A stretch of DNA of 64,000 nucleotides from Mobula hypostoma (Eukaryota). Location: the NCBI RefSeq assembly GCF_963921235.1, contig NC_086097.1:19966001-20030000 (forward strand). Reading direction: 5' to 3'. Made by a program: the position numbers and the translations under genes. Positions 60,196 through 64,000 of the stretch are shown here, piece by piece. Every line of letters begins with the position of its first letter. Position 1 is the first letter of the stretch. The notes beneath the pieces were generated by a model. That model searched no databases and was not told where the DNA came from. It worked only from the letters and a program-made list of their open reading frames with translations.

Positions 60196-62170
60196 ATAGA
60201 ACATAGAACATAGAACATAGAATAGTACAGCACAGTACAGGCCCTTCGGCCCACAATGTTGTGCCGACCCTCAAACCCTGCCTCCCATATAAGCCCCCAC
60301 CTTAAATTCCTCCATATACCTGTCTAGTAGTCTCTTAAACTTCACTAGTGTATCTGCCTCCACCACTGACTCAGGCAGTGCATTCCACGCACCAACCACT
60401 CTGAGTAAAATACCTTCCTCTAATATCCCCCTTGAACTTCCCATCCCTTACCTTAAAGCCATGTCCTCTTGTATTGAGCAGTGGTGTCCTGGGGAAGAGG
60501 TGCTGGCTATCTACTCTATCTATTCCTCTTACTATCTTGTACACCTCTATCATGTCTCCTCTCATCCTCCTTCTCTCCAAAGAGTGAAGCCCTAGCTCCC
60601 TTAATCTCTGATCATAATGCATACTTTCTAAACCAGGCAGCATCCTGGTAAATCTCCTCTGTACCCTTTTCCAATGCTACCACATCCTTCCTATAGTGAG
60701 GTGACCAGAACTGGACACAGTACTCCAAGTGTGGCCTAACCAGGGTTTTATAGAGCTGCAACATTACATCGCAACTCTTAAACTCTATCCCTCGACTTAT
60801 GAAAGCTAACACCCCATAAGCTTTCTTAACTACCCTATTCACCTGTTAGGCAACTTTCAGGGATCTGTGGACATGTACCCCCAGATCCCTCTGCTCCTCC
60901 ACACTACCAAGTATCCTGCCATTTACTTTGTACTCTGCCTTGGAGTTTGTCCTTCCAAAGTGTACCACCTCACACTTCTCTGGGTTGAACTCCATCTGCC
61001 ACTTCTCAGCCCACTTCTGCATCCTATCAATGTCTCTCTGCAATCTTTGACAATCCTCTACACTATCTACAACACCACCAACCTTTGCGTCGTCCGCAAA
61101 CTTGCCAACCCACCCTTCTACCCCCACATCCAGGTCGTTAATAAAAATCACGAAAAGTAGAGGTCCCAGAACAGATCCTTGTGGGACACCACTAGTCACA
61201 ATCCTCCAATCTGAATGTACTCCCTCCACCACCACCCTCTGCCTTCTGCAGGCAAGCCAATTCTGAATCCACCTGGCCAAACTTCCCTGGATCCCATACC
61301 TTCTAACTTTCTGAATAAGCCTACCGTGTGGAACCTTGTCAAATGCCTTACCAAAATCCATATAGATCACATCCACTGCACTACCCTCATCTATATGTCT
61401 GGTCACCTCCTCAAAGAACCCCATCAGGCTTGTTAGACACCATCTGCCTTTCACAAAGCCATGCTGGCTGTCCCTGATCAGACCATGATTCTCTAAATGC
61501 CTATAGATCCTATCTCTAAGAATCTTTTCCAACAGCTTTCCCACCACAGACGTAAGGCTCACTGGTCTATAATTACCCGGACTATCCCTACTACCTTTTT
61601 TGAACAAGGGGACAACATTCACCTCCCTCCAATCCTCCAGTACCATTCCCATGGACAACGAGGACATAAAGATCCTAGCCAGAGGCTCAGCAATCTCTTC
61701 TCTCGCCTCGTGGAGCAGCCTGGGGAATATTCCGTCAAGCCCCGGGGACTTATCTGTCCTAATGTATTTTAACAACTCCAACACCTCCTCTCCCTTAATA
61801 TCAACATGCTCCAGAACATCAACCTCACTCATATTGTCCTCATCATCATCAAGTTCCCTCTCATTGGTGTATACCGAAGAGAAGTATTCATTGAGGACCT
61901 CGCTCACTTCCACAGCCTCCAGGCACATCTTCCCACCTTTACCTCTAATTGGTCCTACCTTCACTCCTGTCATCCTTTTTTTCTTCACATAATTGAAGAA
62001 TGCCTTGGGGTTTTCCTTTACCCTACTCACCAAGGCCTTCTCATGCCCCCTTCTTGCTCTTCTCAGCTCCTTCTTAAGCTCCTTTCTTGCTTCCCCATAT
62101 TCCTCAATAGACCCATCTGATCCTTGCTTCCTAAACCTCATGTATGCTGCCTTCTTCCACCTGACTAGAT
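60196..62170 (-). mobile_element. Young 5'-truncated CR1 LINE inserted in an older opposite-strand CR1 (59925-60195 and 62171-62275)
   Basis: (TAGAACA)n tail at 60196; long RT ORF plus two frameshifted C-terminal ORFs (60612-60842, 60371-60643). Confidence 0.93.
60846..62141 (-). CDS. CR1 ORF2 reverse transcriptase domain (partial, no endonuclease)
   Basis: KSPGLDGIFP, NYRPVSLTS, QHGF, DFGKAFDKV, GVPQGSVLGP, KFADD. Confidence 0.9.
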   Translation of the reverse strand: MRFRKQGSDGSIEEYGEARKELKKELRRARRGHEKALVSRVKENPKAFFNYVKKKRMTGVKVGPIRGKGGKMCLEAVEVSEVLNEYFSSVYTNERELDDDEDNMSEVDVLEHVDIKGEEVLELLKYIRTDKSPGLDGIFPRLLHEAREEIAEPLARIFMSSLSMGMVLEDWREVNVVPLFKKGSRDSPGNYRPVSLTSVVGKLLEKILRDRIYRHLENHGLIRDSQHGFVKGRWCLTSLMGFFEEVTRHIDEGSAVDVIYMDFGKAFDKVPHGRLIQKVRRYGIQGSLARWIQNWLACRRQRVVVEGVHSDWRIVTSGVPQGSVLGPLLFVIFINDLDVGVEGWVGKFADDAKVGGVVDSVEDCQRLQRDIDRMQKWAEKWQMEFNPEKCEVVHFGRTNSKAEYKVNGRILGSVEEQRDLGVHVHRSLKVA

Positions 62171-62814
62171 CATGGAGGGCTATGGTCCAGATACAACCAT
62201 GATGGAACTTGGTAAAAGATCAGACTGTCATGGACTAGATGGGGTGGGTGGCCTGTTCCAGTGCTCTATGACTAAGAATGGAACATGCAGTAACCTGTAC
62301 ATTGTTTTACACTACATTGGATTAATTGTCTTTACTCTAAAATGGAACCAAGACTCATCTCAACTGTTCAGCCCAAAGCTGTAAAAATATAACAAACAGA
62401 TTAGGTTTAATAACCAAAGAAGATGCTGCTACCATCAACAATGGCTTAGGGCAGCAACAGCAAGTAATCTGTAATTGATCACCTACTTTTAAGCCTCCGA
62501 TCGAATTTCTTAGTGACCAGAAACTAGTGAATAAATTGTTACATAACATTGCAGTATTATAATAACATGTAAAACTCAGAACAAAAATCAGATACCTACA
62601 TTCATCTAGTCCAAGCTGATATGCAAGATTCTGGAGCCCTCGTACTTTCTCCATTAAGTTTGCAGTTGTAAGGCTTCCCAACTCTGTGATAGAAACCACA
62701 ATTCACTAAGATACCATAACTAGAGCATAACAAGATGTTACAATTAAACTTGTTCAATATGCTAAGACCAAGTCCACAACTTAACGTGACAATTTTATTT
62801 TAAACACAATTGAT

Positions 62815-62925
62815 TCGGCAGATGCTGGAAATCCAGAGTAGCAGACACAAAATGCTAGGGGAATTCAGCAGGTCAGGCAGCATAAAGTTTCAATGTTTTG
62901 GGCCAAGACCCATCATCAGGACTCA
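62815..62925 (-). mobile_element. PLE terminal fragment
   Basis: GCAGATGCTGGAAATCCAGAG...GGGCCAAGACCCATCATCAGGACT. Confidence 0.65.
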
Positions 62926-63734
62926 ATTTAAAACTATTGCAATTTCAGGACAATCTGCAAATTGAGAAGCATTTGAGAGGGGGAAGAATAATTTCAGGTC
63001 AAAACCCTGCATCAGTGCATCAAGAGCTGTGCTTATCACAATAAAAAAAAACACAAAATATTTCAGTGAAATCCTATTCAAAATTTAAATACTCCATAGG
63101 AGTCCCCAGTGCATAACAGTCCAAAGGATTTCACAGTGGATAAACAGTTAATAGTAAGAAAACATTTATTAAAGGAAAGGTTTAGAAAATTCAGGAGTCT
63201 GAAAATGCTGCATGCCAGAATTTTCATCTGTGAGCACAGGAAAATTAAGACCAGATCCTTTATTACCATAACAGCCCATGAACATTGCATTCATTTTTAA
63301 AAGGACCATTCTACTCTTTTCACGTGGATATTTTGGTTGCTACTTCTTTCAACTGATCTCTCATGTACAGACAGAAACTATACAAACGGCTCCTTGAAAA
63401 CTACATCACTAAGGGAAAAGAGCACTTGCCAAAAATTATGAAATTAAAAGAATAAAATGAAAATAGGCATGTACCCTAGAAATTAGGAGTGATATAATCA
63501 CAAAATATTGTTAAGCAACATATAAGGAAGTAATAATTTTGTACATGAAGACACTGACAAGGGATATTTAAATCAACAAAATGTTTTGGCAATTATGATT
63601 AGATAAAGGGTGGTAAGGTGCATTGTGGGTCATTAAAGATTTGGTAATCTTGGAAGACAGGATTTAGGAAATATTTCAACTTACAAAGGGCAATTAAGAT
63701 TTGGGACTTTCTTTGCAGCTGCAGCAAATTCCAA

Positions 63735-64000
63735 AATCAGAATCAGGTTTATTATCACTGACATATGACATGAAATTTGTTGTTTTGCAGCAACATTACA
63801 GTACAAACATAAAAAATATAAATTAGAATAAGTGTATATAAAATATTAAATAAGTACTGCAAAAAGACCAAAAAAGAGAAAAATAGCAAGGTAGTGTACA
63901 TGGGTTCATTGTCCATTCAGAAATCTGATGGTAGAGGGGAAGAAGCGGTTCCTAAAACATTGTGTCTCATTGGGCTTCTCTGCCTCCTCTCTGATGGTAA
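63735..64000 (-). mobile_element. Rex1/Babar 3' tail running off the window
   Basis: AATCAGAATCAGGTTTATTATCACTG tail; CCATTCAGAAATCTGATGGTAGAGGGGAAGAAGC. Confidence 0.6.

Noticed and set aside
2270..62880. Recurrent AAAATGCTGGAGGAACTCAGCAGG as a CRISPR-like repeat
   Set aside because: Dispersed on both strands with no regular spacers; it is the PLE terminus in a eukaryotic genome.
1..64000. Minus-strand excess of long CR1 copies as evidence for a plus-strand host gene
   Set aside because: Too few elements, many plus-strand copies, and no exon found.

Overview
AT-rich, repeat-dense vertebrate nuclear DNA, intergenic or deep intronic. The repeat mix (CR1 LINEs, Neptune-type Penelope-like elements, V-domain SINEs, Rex1/Babar, Tc1) suggests a cartilaginous fish; this is inference. 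I could not support any host exon, rRNA, tRNA or CRISPR array, and most ORFs in the track are transposon debris or noise. Main observations: (1) at least 15 minimal hammerhead-ribozyme relics in Penelope-like element (PLE) ends, including a subfamily with a shared A6C core change and hairpin mini-elements with 10-16 bp target-site duplications (TSDs); (2) a Sleeping Beauty-like Tc1 3' end, a horizontal-transfer candidate; (3) a GC-rich CsRn1-clade Gypsy element with a tRNA-Trp primer site and an internal deletion; (4) an L1 with a twin-priming 5' inversion and an 18-bp TSD; (5) reciprocally nested hAT and Tigger non-autonomous elements; (6) a probable Chapaev3 relic, an RTE-tailed tRNA SINE and a non-coding CpG-rich retroelement family. 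Family names come from recalled motifs, not database searches. Boundaries of degenerate repeats are approximate.
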